Below, in pieces: positions 18,771 through 29,639 of a stretch of DNA of 64,000 bases (positions within the stretch are counted from its first letter, which is position 1; each line of letters begins with the position of its first letter). The position numbers and the translations under genes are program-made. Below the pieces are notes generated by a model. The model searched no databases, was not told where the DNA came from, and worked only from the letters and a program-made list of their open reading frames with translations. Origin of the DNA: Candidatus Eiseniibacteriota bacterium (GTDB lineage Bacteria > Eisenbacteria > RBG-16-71-46 > CAVPCR01); assembly GCA_963823555.1 (NCBI GenBank), contig CAWGMA010000001.1:1760001-1824000 (forward strand). Reading direction: 5' to 3'.

Positions 18771-20056
18771 TGTCCGCGGTCCTCCGCCAGGAGCCGATCG
18801 ATTCCAGCAGCAGCATCGCTCACGGCTACCGCTGGCGTCTTCCGGCCGTAGAGCGCCTCCTCGATCTCCAGATCCAGCGCCTGTTCGATCTCGCCCCATC
18901 GGGGATGGGGCGGCGGGGCGACCGCGGTCGCGAGCTGTTCGACGAAGAGCCGGTCCCGGGGATGCTCCAGATAGTACGGATCCTCGGCGGCGCCGCGGGC
19001 GGCCGGCTGGACGCTCCGCGCCGCCCGGCACAGGGCCACTGCGTTGTCGGGCCGGATGAGGAAGCGAGCAAGCGCAATCGCCTGATCCGGGTGGCGTGAG
19101 CCCGTGAAGCTGACCAGGAACTCGCCGCCGGCGAAGGAGGCATGGCTGCCGCGGCCAGCCGCCGGACGCGGTACGAGGGCGACATCGTAATCGAGCTCCG
19201 GCGCGTTATCGGCGAGCGTGCGCAGGTTCCACGCCCCGGAGATCATCATCCCAACGCTACCCTCCTGGAAGGCCCGATCGATGACGTCCTGCTTCTCGAG
19301 CATGGACACCTTGGCGAGGCGGACGTAGAACTCGAGAGCCTCGACGTTCGCCCGCGACGCGAAGGCGGACCGGCCCATGTCAGGCGTGAGCACCGCGCCG
19401 CCGTTGCCCCAGGCGAAGGGCATGAACTTCTTGAAGAGGACATAGCGCTCGCCGGCGTTGAGCCCGAAGCCATGGATCTCAGGACCAAGGGCCGTGATCC
19501 TGGTCGCGGCCGTGATGAGCTCGTCCCAGGTCTCAGGGCCGCGCACCGGATCGAGTCCCGCGCGGCCGAAGAGCTCCCGGTTGTAGAACAGCGCCCGCGT
19601 CCCCACCACCCACGGCAATCCGTACACCTTCCCGGCGTGGCGCGCCGGCTCCCACTGCATGTACTTGCCGGCGAGCGTGTCGGCGACCGCCGACACATCG
19701 ACAAGGACGCCATCGGCGGCGAATCGCGGCAACCAGGTCGAGCCCAGCTCGCACAGATCGGGCGCATTGCCGGCGGCCAGGGCGGCCTGGATCTTCTCCT
19801 GCCCGGCCTGCCAGGTGAGCTGCTCGAGTTCGACCACGATGCCTGGGTTCTCGGCCTCGAAGCGATCGACGAGTGGGCGAATCCACTCCGTGCGCCAGAA
19901 CTGCCAGAAGCGAAGCACAATCTTCCCGTCAGCTTCCCCGCGCTCGCGACCGCCGCATCCGGCAACGAGAAGGAAGGCGAGGCTCGACACCAGGAGAAGG
20001 GCGATGATGCGCTGTGGATCTCGACGTCGAGCGCCACGGTCTGGCGGGTCGATCAT
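18767..20056 (-). CDS. Sugar ABC transporter substrate-binding lipoprotein
   Basis: Lipobox VAGC; FEAENPGI.V, GNAPD, YGLPW, LFYN..LF, PETWDEL. Confidence 0.9.
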   Translation of the reverse strand: MIDPPDRGARRRDPQRIIALLLVSSLAFLLVAGCGGRERGEADGKIVLRFWQFWRTEWIRPLVDRFEAENPGIVVELEQLTWQAGQEKIQAALAAGNAPDLCELGSTWLPRFAADGVLVDVSAVADTLAGKYMQWEPARHAGKVYGLPWVVGTRALFYNRELFGRAGLDPVRGPETWDELITAATRITALGPEIHGFGLNAGERYVLFKKFMPFAWGNGGAVLTPDMGRSAFASRANVEALEFYVRLAKVSMLEKQDVIDRAFQEGSVGMMISGAWNLRTLADNAPELDYDVALVPRPAAGRGSHASFAGGEFLVSFTGSRHPDQAIALARFLIRPDNAVALCRAARSVQPAARGAAEDPYYLEHPRDRLFVEQLATAVAPPPHPRWGEIEQALDLEIEEALYGRKTPAVAVSDAAAGIDRLLAEDRGQ

Positions 20057-20988
20057 GGGCATTCCTCCCCCAGCGCGCGGCGCACCCAGCCACCCGCACG
20101 CTCGAGCCGCGCCTCGGCCTCCTCTCGACTCACGCCCAGGCGGCCGATGAGGATCGCGTTCTTGACCCTGCCCTCAGCCTCGGCCAGGAGCCGGGTGGCG
20201 ACCTCGTAGTCGACGTTGCAGGTCATCATGATCAATCGCTTGGCCCGCTCGGTGAGCTTACGGGAGTTGGCGCGTAGGTCGACCATGAGATTGCCATAGA
20301 CCTTGCCCAGTCGGACCATCGTCGCCGTCGAGATCATGTTGAGGATGAGTTTCTGCGCCGTTCCCGCCTTGAGTCGCGTCGACCCCATGATGGCCTCCGG
20401 GCCCAGCACCGGGCAGACAGCCACGTCGACCGTCGAGGAGGGGATCGAGCCTGCGGCGTTCATGGCAACGAGGATCGTTCCCGCTCCCAGTGCTCGCGCT
20501 TTCTCCAGAGCGGCCAGCACGAACGGCGTGCGCCGGCTCGCCGCCAACCCGACCACGACATCGGCCGCTCCCACCCCCCGGCTTTCGAGCGCGCTCACGG
20601 CTCCCTGCACGTCATCCTCGGCTCCTTCCACGGCCCGGATGAGAGCTCCCGGGCCGCCGGCCATCACGCCCTGCACGAGCTCGGGTTCGGTGCCGAAAGT
20701 GGGCGGGCACTCCGCGGCATCAAGCACCCCGAGGCGCCCCGAGGTGCCGGCGCCGACATAGATGAGCCTCCCGCCGCGAGAGAGGCGCTCGACGACGAGA
20801 TCGACGGCGCGAGCAATGTCGTCGATTTCCTGGCGCACGGCCAGGGGGACGGATTGGTCCTCTTCGTTGAGAAGGGCGAGGATCTCTCCCGCGGAGCGGC
20901 AGTCGAGATCGGCGGTGCGAGGATTCACCGCCTCGGTGGTGAGAGCGGAGAGTTGAGCGAAGATCTCGCGATCGCTCGAGTCGGTCAT
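20053..20988 (-). CDS. murQ: N-acetylmuramic acid 6-phosphate etherase
   Basis: GAGTSGRLGVLDAAECPPTFG, EGAED, GPEAIMGSTRLKAGTAQK, GKVYGNLMVD. Confidence 0.96.
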   Translation of the reverse strand: MTDSSDREIFAQLSALTTEAVNPRTADLDCRSAGEILALLNEEDQSVPLAVRQEIDDIARAVDLVVERLSRGGRLIYVGAGTSGRLGVLDAAECPPTFGTEPELVQGVMAGGPGALIRAVEGAEDDVQGAVSALESRGVGAADVVVGLAASRRTPFVLAALEKARALGAGTILVAMNAAGSIPSSTVDVAVCPVLGPEAIMGSTRLKAGTAQKLILNMISTATMVRLGKVYGNLMVDLRANSRKLTERAKRLIMMTCNVDYEVATRLLAEAEGRVKNAILIGRLGVSREEAEARLERAGGWVRRALGEECP

Positions 20989-21017
20989 TGCGTGGTGGAG
21001 GGTCGTCCGCCCCGACG

Positions 21018-22658
21018 CTAACGCCTTCGCCGGCGAGTCTTGCCCGCCGCCGCGACCTTGGCTTTCTTCATCCCCGTTATGAAGTCGAGCACTCCATCTG
21101 CCTCCGCCACATCATCTTCCGGTGATTCCTCGACCTTCTCCCGGGCTCTTTCACGAGGCTCTGCGTCAGCAGTCGCCTCCGCCGGCGGGGCCGGTTCGAC
21201 CGGGTCGCCTCGACGTGGCAGGCGCGGTGGGCGCCGGCCGAAGCGGGGCGCCGCCTCCTGATCGCGTCCCGTGGCGCGCATCGCCGAGGGCTCGCCGGGC
21301 TCGAGATCGGGAGCCTCCTCGCCCCCATAGCGCTCGCTATCGCGCATGGGACCCTCCTCCCAGCCGCGGCTCCAGGGAGTGGCGTTGGGAGAAACAGGAG
21401 TCTCCTCGACCGGCTCGGGACCGAGGGGTGGCCTCTTGGCCTCCAGCTCGCCCATCACGTTCTCGCCGGCGACGTCTGCGCCCGGAGGCTCTGACTCGCG
21501 ACGGCGCCCGCGGCCGCCACGGCGGCCGCGGCGACGGCGGCGGCGAACCGCATCATCGCCAGCGCCTTCCTCATCACCTGCCTCCCGGCCTTCAAGCTCC
21601 TCCGGCATCGCGGGGACTGGTTCGTACTCCCCGAAGTCAGGAAGATCGGGCATTTCGAGAGCCTCGTCGGCCGGGCTCTCACCGGATCGCAGTTCACCGC
21701 GCGCCGGGATCATCTCGGCCGCGCCGGGCCGGCGTGCGCGCCCGCGTCGCAGCCGATCGAGGCGCTCCGAACGCTCTTCCGGCTCCGGGCGCTCGGGACG
21801 TTCGTCGCGCTCGACCCGAGATCCCCGAGTCACGCGTTCGCCGCGCGCCGCCCGTTCACCGCGAGCTCCGCGCTCTCCGCGAGCCCCACGGGCAACACGC
21901 TCGCCGCGGTCGCGGCGGCCGCGACGATCTCGCGGCTCCGGTTGCTCCTCTTCGGTTCCGAGTTCATCGAGCTCGACCCCCAGATCGGACAGCTCCATCT
22001 CCTCGACGACGGCCTCATCGAGCCCGGCGGGTCCCGCGGGTGGCCGGCCGATGCCCTCGAGATAGTCGACATCGGCTGCGATCTCACTCGCTCCGTCGCG
22101 CTCCATCTCGGCATAGGCTACGGCCATGGCGCGGCCCAGGGCGACGAACATCGCCCGGCAGCGATTCTCATCATGAGCGCCGGACAGGATCCGGATATGG
22201 AGGCTTGCTCCCATACGATCCGCAAACGTACTGAGAAAGCGCTCGAGCAAATCCAGATCCATACCGCTCAGGCGCTTGCTGCGGAAGGTCGCTCCAAACT
22301 GGAAGACCGGTGGAGACACCAGATCGACGGCGGCGAGCACGAGGGCATCACCGACGGGTAGGATCGCGCTCCCGAACTGCCGGATGCGCGGCCGGGAACC
22401 CAGGATGCGGCGATAGGCTTCGGCCAGGGCGCTGGCCAGATCGTCAACCGCGTAGGAATCATCGGCGTGCTTGTTGACGCTCTGGGCCAGACGCAGGTCC
22501 GAGCCAGCGGAGGAGTTCATGAGCTCGAGGAGCTCGTTCAAGAGCGCGAACGGCGTCTCGATCGAAGCGCGGCCGGAGCCTTCCAGCCCGAGCTCGATTT
22601 CGACGTCCGTACCGCGCGTCCGTCGCTTGATGGCGACCCGACGTCTTTCTCTTCGCAT
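21018..22658 (-). CDS. Degenerate HisB/IGPD-fold protein fused to a long Arg/Glu-rich disordered tail
   Basis: The N-terminal ~190 aa follow the IGPD pattern (R.T..TD, GSG...IET, I.QFG...PVGDAL...VDL, LHI...G, ALGRA) without the HH..E motifs; tail has RGER repeats and [16 protein letters not shown]. Confidence 0.75.
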   Translation of the reverse strand: MRRERRRVAIKRRTRGTDVEIELGLEGSGRASIETPFALLNELLELMNSSAGSDLRLAQSVNKHADDSYAVDDLASALAEAYRRILGSRPRIRQFGSAILPVGDALVLAAVDLVSPPVFQFGATFRSKRLSGMDLDLLERFLSTFADRMGASLHIRILSGAHDENRCRAMFVALGRAMAVAYAEMERDGASEIAADVDYLEGIGRPPAGPAGLDEAVVEEMELSDLGVELDELGTEEEQPEPRDRRGRRDRGERVARGARGERGARGERAARGERVTRGSRVERDERPERPEPEERSERLDRLRRGRARRPGAAEMIPARGELRSGESPADEALEMPDLPDFGEYEPVPAMPEELEGREAGDEEGAGDDAVRRRRRRGRRGGRGRRRESEPPGADVAGENVMGELEAKRPPLGPEPVEETPVSPNATPWSRGWEEGPMRDSERYGGEEAPDLEPGEPSAMRATGRDQEAAPRFGRRPPRLPRRGDPVEPAPPAEATADAEPRERAREKVEESPEDDVAEADGVLDFITGMKKAKVAAAGKTRRRRR

Positions 22659-22936
22659 GGAATATCGGTTCCTGATCGGAAAGGGGCTCAATCGGGGCGG
22701 GGAGAGCCCTCGGCTAGGTCCATCTTCAAAGGCAGCCTAGTCTACCCGCCATGGGGCAGACCAGCAAGTCAGGGCTTGGGAACGCCAGCGGAGCTCCGGC
22801 GGGCAGGGGCCGCCCCCCAAGAGCTCGGGCCGGCGGCCCGGACCGGAGGCAGCCGCGGCAAATGGATCGGGGCGCCGCCAAACGCGGCGCCCCGATCGGC
22901 GTGCCAGGCGGATCAGACGCCCCGGCCCGGCTGGGG

Positions 22937-24506
22937 TTACTTCGACTCCTGCTCCGATACCTTGACCGCCGTGAAGAAGGTCGTGTCCCCGCGGCGAAGG
23001 AGGAGGAGCACCGTCTGACCCGACTCCACGTCCTTCATCACGTTGTTGAAGGCCTCAACCGACGGGACCTCCTTCCGGTTGACCTCCTTGATGAGGTCTC
23101 CGGCGCGGATGTTCTTGGTCGCTGCGGGACCGCTCCGGGCCACTCTCTCGACGACGACGCCGGCGTCACCCTCGTAGCCGAGCTCCTGGGCGAGTCCCGG
23201 GGTCAGCGACTGGATCTCGATCCCGAGCTGGGGGGCGGTCGCCGCCGGCGCCTGGCGATTGGGCGTGCCCTCGTTCTCGCCGCGGTTGAACGCCTCGCGC
23301 GGATTCGCCGGGCGCTCGCCCAGATCCACCGTGAGAGTCACGTCCTTCTTGTCGCGACGCACCTTGACCTTGACCGGACTCCCGGGATCCTGGGCCGCAA
23401 CCAGGGACTGCAGATGATCCGCGTCCTTCACTTCCTTGCCGTTGAACTCGAGCATCACATCGCCGTGCTTGAACCCGGCCTTCTCCGCCGGGCCGCCGGC
23501 GGTGAGGTCATTGACGATCACCCCGTGCCTGGAATCCAGCCCCATACTGGCCGCAAGATCGTCGTCGAGCGACTGGATCTGCACGCCCAGCCAGCCACGA
23601 ACCACCCGGCCGCGATTCAAGAGGTCATCCATGACCTTGCGCGCCATGCTGATCGGGAATGGCGAATCCGACTCCTTGATAGAAGCCGTTCCGCGTGGCG
23701 ATCGCCGTGTTGATCCCGACCAGCTCGCCCCGGACGTTGACCAGAGCCCCGCCTGAGTTTCCTGGATTGATCGCCGCATCGGTCTGGATGAAGTCCTCGA
23801 AATCGACGATACCCACCTGCGTGCGCCCCTTGGCGCTGACGATACCGGCGGTCACGGTGTGGGCGAGGTTCTCGGAGAAGGGGCTACCGACGGCAATGAC
23901 CCACTCGCCGACCTGGAGCAGGTCGGAATCGCCAAAGCGCACCGCCGGGAGGCCCGCGGCCTCCACCTTGATCAGAGCCACGTCGCTCTCGGGATCGGCA
24001 CCGACGACCGTCCCCTTGTACTCCTTGTCATCCATGAGGCGGACGGTGAGCTCCTCGGCATCCTGAACGACATGATTGTTGGTCAGGATGTACCCATCCT
24101 CGGAAACGATGACTCCGGAACCGAGACCGCGTGAACGCATGCCTTCGTCACCGCCGGGTCCCTGCCAGAACCGATTGAAATCGTCGCCGAAGAACTCACG
24201 GAAGGGGTGATTCTCCGGCAAGCCCGGCATCTCGCGGGATGCTGGCTGGATCACCTTCTCGGCGGAGATCGTCACCACGGACGGGTTGACGAGCTCGGCC
24301 ACCTTGACGAAGGCCTTGCTCAGCTGGTCCACGGCAGCGATTTCCTCCGGACCTGGGCCGCTGCCCCCCGTCAGATGACGAACCGCCTTGTTCTCCTCGC
24401 TCATGAGGGGGGAGGTCCACTCGAGGCCGGATGTGAGCATCACGCCCACGAGAATACCGCTTCCGATCAGCAGGGCAGCTAGCCCGGCGCGGCGCTTGCC
24501 ATTCAT
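22937..24506 (-). CDS. degP: Do/DegP (HtrA) serine protease with two PDZ domains; single +1 frameshift near 23655
   Basis: LGSGVI, TNNHV, QTDAAINPGNSGGAL; GFAIP continues as ISMARKVM..RGWLGV in a second frame. Confidence 0.88.
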
Positions 24507-24616
24507 ACTTTCCACTCCTCCTGCCATCTCGCGCCCGGCTCCGGGCGCCTTGGCTCCATCGCCGTGGGGGTGACCGCGTGAATCGCGGTGGCCGATGGAC
24601 AAACTCAAACGTTTAT

Positions 24617-24638
24617 ACCCAGCCGGCGGCGGCTGGGT
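24617..24638. terminator. Hairpin between the DUF1844 gene and degP
   Basis: ACCCAGCCG-GCGG-CGGCTGGGT with AT-rich flanks; weak U-tract. Confidence 0.4.
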
Positions 24639-24651
24639 TTCTGAAGGCTAC

Positions 24652-25083
24652 CTAGGTGCCATCAGGCGCACTGGACTCCCCCGCCACCCGGGAAGGGTCC
24701 GCAGGAGAATCGGTTTCCTCGGCCTCCTTCTCACCACCCTCCTCCTCGGCCGGGGTTCGCTCGGGGCCGACGGCAGACTCTCCGGCACCCACGGGTTCCG
24801 CTGGGGGCCCGGTCCCGGATTCCTCGTCCTTGAGCTCGTCCATGTAATTCATGCGGAGGTCCGTTAGGGCCTGCCGCAAGTAGCGCTCTTCATCCGCAGC
24901 GAGGTTGCCGCGCGTCTTGTGCTCGAGCATGCCGAGCGTGTCGATGGCGTGACGGGCGAGCTTCAAGTTGCGCTGGACACCCTCGGCGCCCGGGTCCTGG
25001 ATCTTGCCGAGGCCGATCCAGGCTGCCAGCCGGTACTCCTCCACGAGGAGCATGAACCGGTCCTTCGCCTCCTTGTCGTCCAT
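24652..25083 (-). CDS. DUF1844 domain protein
   Basis: [32 protein letters not shown]...L...L.DLRMNY. Confidence 0.85.
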   Translation of the reverse strand: MDDKEAKDRFMLLVEEYRLAAWIGLGKIQDPGAEGVQRNLKLARHAIDTLGMLEHKTRGNLAADEERYLRQALTDLRMNYMDELKDEESGTGPPAEPVGAGESAVGPERTPAEEEGGEKEAEETDSPADPSRVAGESSAPDGT

Positions 25084-25200
25084 ACCCGACTCCAGCCCGG
25101 AGGCCGGCCGCCGGCGACGATCGCGTCGCCAGCGGCCGCTCCCGCATGTTTGAGATCGCGGCGAGCCGCTCGCGGTTGGGCGAATCGGCTCGCCGCTTGG

Positions 25201-27122
25201 CTACTCGACGACCTCGTAGTCCGCTTCGACCGGTCCGTCGCCGGACTTGCCCGCGCCCTGCGCCTGACCCGCGCCGGCGCCTCCTGCCCCGTCAGCGGTT
25301 CCTCCCCCCCGGTCCCCGAACCACCAGCCGCCTGGTAGATCTCGGATCCGAGCTGGGAGCGCACGGTCGTGAGACGCTCGATCGCCGCCTTCAAGTCCGC
25401 GGCGTTGTCACCCTTCATCGCTTCGCGCAGGCTCTCGACCGCCTTCTCGACGTTGCGCCGGGTCTCGAGTCGCGCCTTGTCCCCGTGCTCCTTGAGCTCC
25501 TTCTCGGCCTGGTAGGCGAGCTGGTCGGCGCTGTTGCGGAGATCGATCACCTCTCGCTTGGCCTTGTCCTCGCTTGCATGCTGCTCCGCGGCGGACACCA
25601 TATTCTCGATCTCATCCTTCGAGAGACCGCTCGAGGCCTCGATGCGAATCGACTGCTGCTTCCCGGTGGCCTTGTCCTTGGCCGAGACCGAGAGGATCCC
25701 GTTGGCATCGATGTCGAAGGCCACCTCGATCTGCGGCATGCCGCGCGGTGCCGGCGGGAGCCCGGTCAGGTGGAAGCGGCCGATCGTGCGGTTGTCCGTC
25801 GCCATCGGGCGCTCGCCCTGCAGGACGTGGATCTCCACATCGGTCTGGTTGTCGGCCGCCGTCGAGAACACCTCGGACTTCCGGGTCGGGATGGTGGTGT
25901 TGCGCTCGATCAAGCGCGTGCAGACACCACCCAGGGTCTCGATGCCCAGCGAGAGCGGAGTCACGTCGAGGAGCACGACATCCTTGACCTCGCCGCTCAG
26001 GACACCGCCCTGGATGGCGGCGCCGATCGCCACCACCTCGTCCGGATTGACGCTCTTGTTGGGCTCCTTGCCGAACAGCTCGCGAACGAGCTCCTGCACC
26101 TTCGGGATGCGCGTCGAACCACCGACCAGGATCACCTCGTCGATGTCCGACGGCTTGACGCCGGCATCCGCCAACGCCTGCTTGCACGGCCCGACGGTGC
26201 GCTCGATCAGGTCATCGATCAGCTGCTCGAGCTTCGCCCGCGTCAGCTTGATGGTCATGTGCTTCGGACCGGTCTGATCAGCGGTGATGAAGGGCAGGTT
26301 GATCTCGGTCTCCGTGGTCGAGGACAGCTCGATCTTGGCCTTCTCCGCCGCCTCCTTCAGCCGCTGCAGCGCCATGACGTCCTTGCGCAGATCGATGCCC
26401 TCCTGCTTGAGGAATTCATCGGCCAGCCAGTCGATCACCCGCTGGTCGAAATCATCGCCACCGAGGTGCGTATCGCCGTTGGTCGACTTGACCTCGAACA
26501 CGCCCTCGGCCAGCTCGAGAATGGAGATGTCGAACGTCCCGCCACCAAGATCGTAGACAGCGATCTTCTCTTCCTTCTTCTTCTCGAGACCATAGGCCAG
26601 CGCCGCAGCGGTCGGCTCGTTGATGATGCGCTTGACATCGAGCCCGGCGATCACGCCGGCGTCCTTGGTGGCCTGACGCTGCGCGTCGTTGAAGTAGGCG
26701 GGGACCGTGACCACGGCCTCGGTGACGGTCTCTCCGAGATAGTCCTCCGCCGTCTGCTTCATCTTCTGCAGGATCATGGCCGAGATCTCGGGCGGCGTCA
26801 TGCGCCGGCCCTGCAGGTCGACGGCGGCGAGCCCGTTCTGCCCCTCGATCACCTTGTAAGGCACTTCCTCGATCTCGCGCGGCACCTCCGAGAACTGGCG
26901 CCCCATGAAGCGCTTGATCGAATACACCGTGTTCTGCGGATTGGTGACCGCCTGGCGCTTGGCGACCTGCCCCACCATCCGCTCACCCGACTTGCCGAAG
27001 GCCACCACCGACGGTGTCGTTCGCTGTCCCTCGGAATTGGTGATGACCGAAGGCTTCCCGCCCTCCATCACCGCCACGCACGAGTTGGTGGTTCCGAGGT
27101 CGATTCCGATGATCTTGCCCAT
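25201..27122 (-). CDS. dnaK: Molecular chaperone DnaK; frameshift in the C7 run at 25304-25310
   Basis: [32 protein letters not shown]; natural tail [14 protein letters not shown] ends at 25201 in the alternate frame. Confidence 0.97.
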
Positions 27123-27195
27123 GCTTCGAATCCTTCCTTCCTGGGCGTGCCGATCTCGCCCCTGGACTTCCGGTCATCCATCCGCAGTAGGCAAG

Positions 27196-27211
27196 AGCAA
27201 TAGACATACCA
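27196..27211 (-). promoter_or_regulatory. Sigma54 promoter for dnaK
   Basis: Minus strand TGGTAT-GTCTA-TTGCT, about 75 nt upstream of the ATG, in an AT-rich patch. Confidence 0.65.
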
Positions 27212-27354
27212 CAATTGCCACAACTCTATCTGCCTATCATATCGATAGTTACATAATCAAGGCGAGCGCGCGGTTTCATAATGTAACGGGGCGAAGGCGC
27301 CCTCGGCTGCTGCATTTGGGAACAGCACAACCGGGGAGGGGCGCCCCGATCCGG

Positions 27355-28413
27355 CTAGTCGCGACGGGCGGTGATGCCGTGCTGCTTCATCTTCCGCCAC
27401 AAGGTCGTGCGGGAGATACCGAGACGCCGCGCGGTCAGGGAGACATTCCCGTTCAGATCGGCGAGGACCTGGGCGATGTGGGCCCGCTCCACGTCGGACA
27501 GGCTCCACTCGGATGGATAGCCGACCTCGAAGCCGTTTCGACCGGCGCCGGCGGAATCCACCTCCGCACTCTCCCCGGCCGCCCCGGTGCGGCGCGACGG
27601 CAGGAGAAAGGCGCTCTTGCTTGCACTGAACGTCGGCGGCAGGTTCTCGAGTGTGATCGTGTCGCCGTCGGCGAGCACCACCGCCCGTTGAATGGCGTTC
27701 TCGAGCTCGCGAACATTGCCCGGGTAGTCGTAGCGCATGAGCGCAACCTGGGCGTCGGGGGAAAAGCGATCCACGTCCTTGCCGAGATCACGACTCAGTC
27801 GTTCGGTGAAATACGCAGCGAGAATCGGGATGTCCTCCCGGCGCTCTCGCAGCGGCGGCAATTCGAGGTGGAAGACATTGAGCCGGTAGTAGAGATCCTC
27901 GCGGAGCATCCCCTTCCGGATGGCCTCGATCGGATCGCGGTTGGTGGCGGCGATGACGCGGACATCGACCCGCCGCACCTCGCTACCGCCGACCGGACGC
28001 ACCTCGCCGGTCTGGAGCACGCGGAGCAAGCGCACCTGGAGGTGGGGCGACATCTCGGCCACCTCGTCGAGGAACAGCGTACCGCCGTTGGCCTCGACGA
28101 ACAGCCCCCGGCGCTCACGATCAGCACCGGTGAAGGCGCCCTTGACGTGACCGAAGAGCTCGCTTTCGATCAGGTGTTCCGGGAAGGCCCCGGCATTCAC
28201 TGGCAGGAAGATCTCGGCGGCACGCGGGCTCAGCTGGTGGATGGCACGGGCCACGAGTTCCTTCCCCGTTCCTGACTCGCCGGTGATGAGCACCGTGGCA
28301 TCGGTCGGGGCGATCTTCTCGATGAGATGCAGGAGGCGCCGCATGCGAGGCGTGGCGCCGATGATGTCCAGCTCGAAGGAGCGGGGCTCTCGGTGCCCGG
28401 TGGGGTCTTTCAT
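27355..28413 (-). CDS. Sigma54-dependent enhancer-binding protein (AAA+ and Fis HTH) with no N-terminal sensory domain
   Basis: [49 protein letters not shown]. Confidence 0.92.
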   Translation of the reverse strand: MKDPTGHREPRSFELDIIGATPRMRRLLHLIEKIAPTDATVLITGESGTGKELVARAIHQLSPRAAEIFLPVNAGAFPEHLIESELFGHVKGAFTGADRERRGLFVEANGGTLFLDEVAEMSPHLQVRLLRVLQTGEVRPVGGSEVRRVDVRVIAATNRDPIEAIRKGMLREDLYYRLNVFHLELPPLRERREDIPILAAYFTERLSRDLGKDVDRFSPDAQVALMRYDYPGNVRELENAIQRAVVLADGDTITLENLPPTFSASKSAFLLPSRRTGAAGESAEVDSAGAGRNGFEVGYPSEWSLSDVERAHIAQVLADLNGNVSLTARRLGISRTTLWRKMKQHGITARRD

Positions 28414-28611
28414 CGTGAAATGCACGGACCGATGGTAGCCACCGCACGGCAGGCGGTCAACGCGGCGAGGACCGGCGATCGGCCGGGAGAGAAAGTCGGG
28501 AGAGGGGGCCAAGACCCGGCGGCCGCCAGCGAGGCTCGGAAGTGGTATGATGCGGGGCTTCTAAGGGCTTCCCCGAGCCTACAGGGGGACATCCGGAGGA
28601 ACTCCGATCCC

Positions 28612-29622
28612 GTGATCCAGCGCCTAGAACCACCGGCCCACCTGATCGACCCGTTCGGTCGCCGCGTGCGCTACCTCCGCGTTTCGGTGACCGACCGCTG
28701 TAACCTGCGCTGCTCCTACTGCATGCCCGGCGGGCCCGACGAGTGGGAACCGCTGGCCGATCACTTGACCCCGATCGAGATCGAGCGCGTGCTCCGGGTA
28801 GCCGCGGGTCTCGGGATCGAGCGTGTGCGCTTGACCGGGGGAGAACCTCTCCTGCGCCCCGATCTCGTGGAGATCGCTGAACGCACCGGTGCCATCTCCG
28901 GGATCCAGGATCTGTCGCTGAGCACCAACGGGATCTTCCTGGCCCGGGTCGCCGGCGCCCTGCGCCGGGCTGGAGTCAACCGGGTCAACGTGAGCCTCGA
29001 TTCGCTCGATCCAGCCGTCTTCCATAGCGTCACCGGGCGCGATCGGCACCACGAGGTCATTTCCGGCATCGAGGCGGCGCTCGCGGCCGGGATGCATCCG
29101 GTGAAGCTCAACATCGTCCTCCTCAAGGGCGTGAACGGGCACGAGATCCTCGACTTCGTCGACTTCGCGCGGGAGACCGGCGTCTTTCTCCGCTTCATCG
29201 AGGAGATGCCGATGGGCACGGCGGATGCCTGGCATCCGGAGCGTTATCTATCCTGCGAGGCGATTCACCGGCAGATCGCGGCTGTTCATCCCCTCGAACC
29301 AGCCACCGCCCCCACCGGCAACGGCCCGGCCCAGGTCTACCGGATCCGTGGCACGGAGACCATGCTCGGCTTCATCACGCCGATCAGCGACAACTTCTGC
29401 TCCGCCTGCAACCGCATGCGGATCACGCCCGATGGCACCATCCGGCCATGCCTCTCCCCCTGCGATGAGCTCGATCTCCGCCATCCGCTGCGCAACGGCG
29501 GCGGCGATGAAGCGATCGCCGCTCTGTTCCACCGAGCTGTGACGATCAAACCCGAACGTCATGACTTCCAGTGGCAGGAGCGCCGGGTGATGTTCCGGAC
29601 CATGTCGCAGATCGGCGGCTAG
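28612..29622 (+). CDS. moaA: GTP 3',8-cyclase
   Basis: LRVSVTDRCNLRCSYCMP, TGGEP, FCSACNRMR..PCL, C-terminal MSQIGG. Confidence 0.96.
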   Translation: MIQRLEPPAHLIDPFGRRVRYLRVSVTDRCNLRCSYCMPGGPDEWEPLADHLTPIEIERVLRVAAGLGIERVRLTGGEPLLRPDLVEIAERTGAISGIQDLSLSTNGIFLARVAGALRRAGVNRVNVSLDSLDPAVFHSVTGRDRHHEVISGIEAALAAGMHPVKLNIVLLKGVNGHEILDFVDFARETGVFLRFIEEMPMGTADAWHPERYLSCEAIHRQIAAVHPLEPATAPTGNGPAQVYRIRGTETMLGFITPISDNFCSACNRMRITPDGTIRPCLSPCDELDLRHPLRNGGGDEAIAALFHRAVTIKPERHDFQWQERRVMFRTMSQIGG

Positions 29623-29639
29623 CGTCCTCGGAGGAGCCG

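Noticed and set aside
21018..22658. Functional hisB
   Set aside because: Both HHxxE metal-binding motifs are missing and there is no his operon context.
24963..25200. DnaK C-terminal extension overlapping DUF1844
   Set aside because: Artefact of the homopolymer frameshift; the natural [12 protein letters not shown] ends at 25201.
25146..27203. 685-aa ORF antisense to dnaK, and similar long antisense ORFs over nrdJ, thrS, nuo, the antiporter and the TPR genes
   Set aside because: Shadow ORFs expected from high-GC codon bias; no recognisable motifs.
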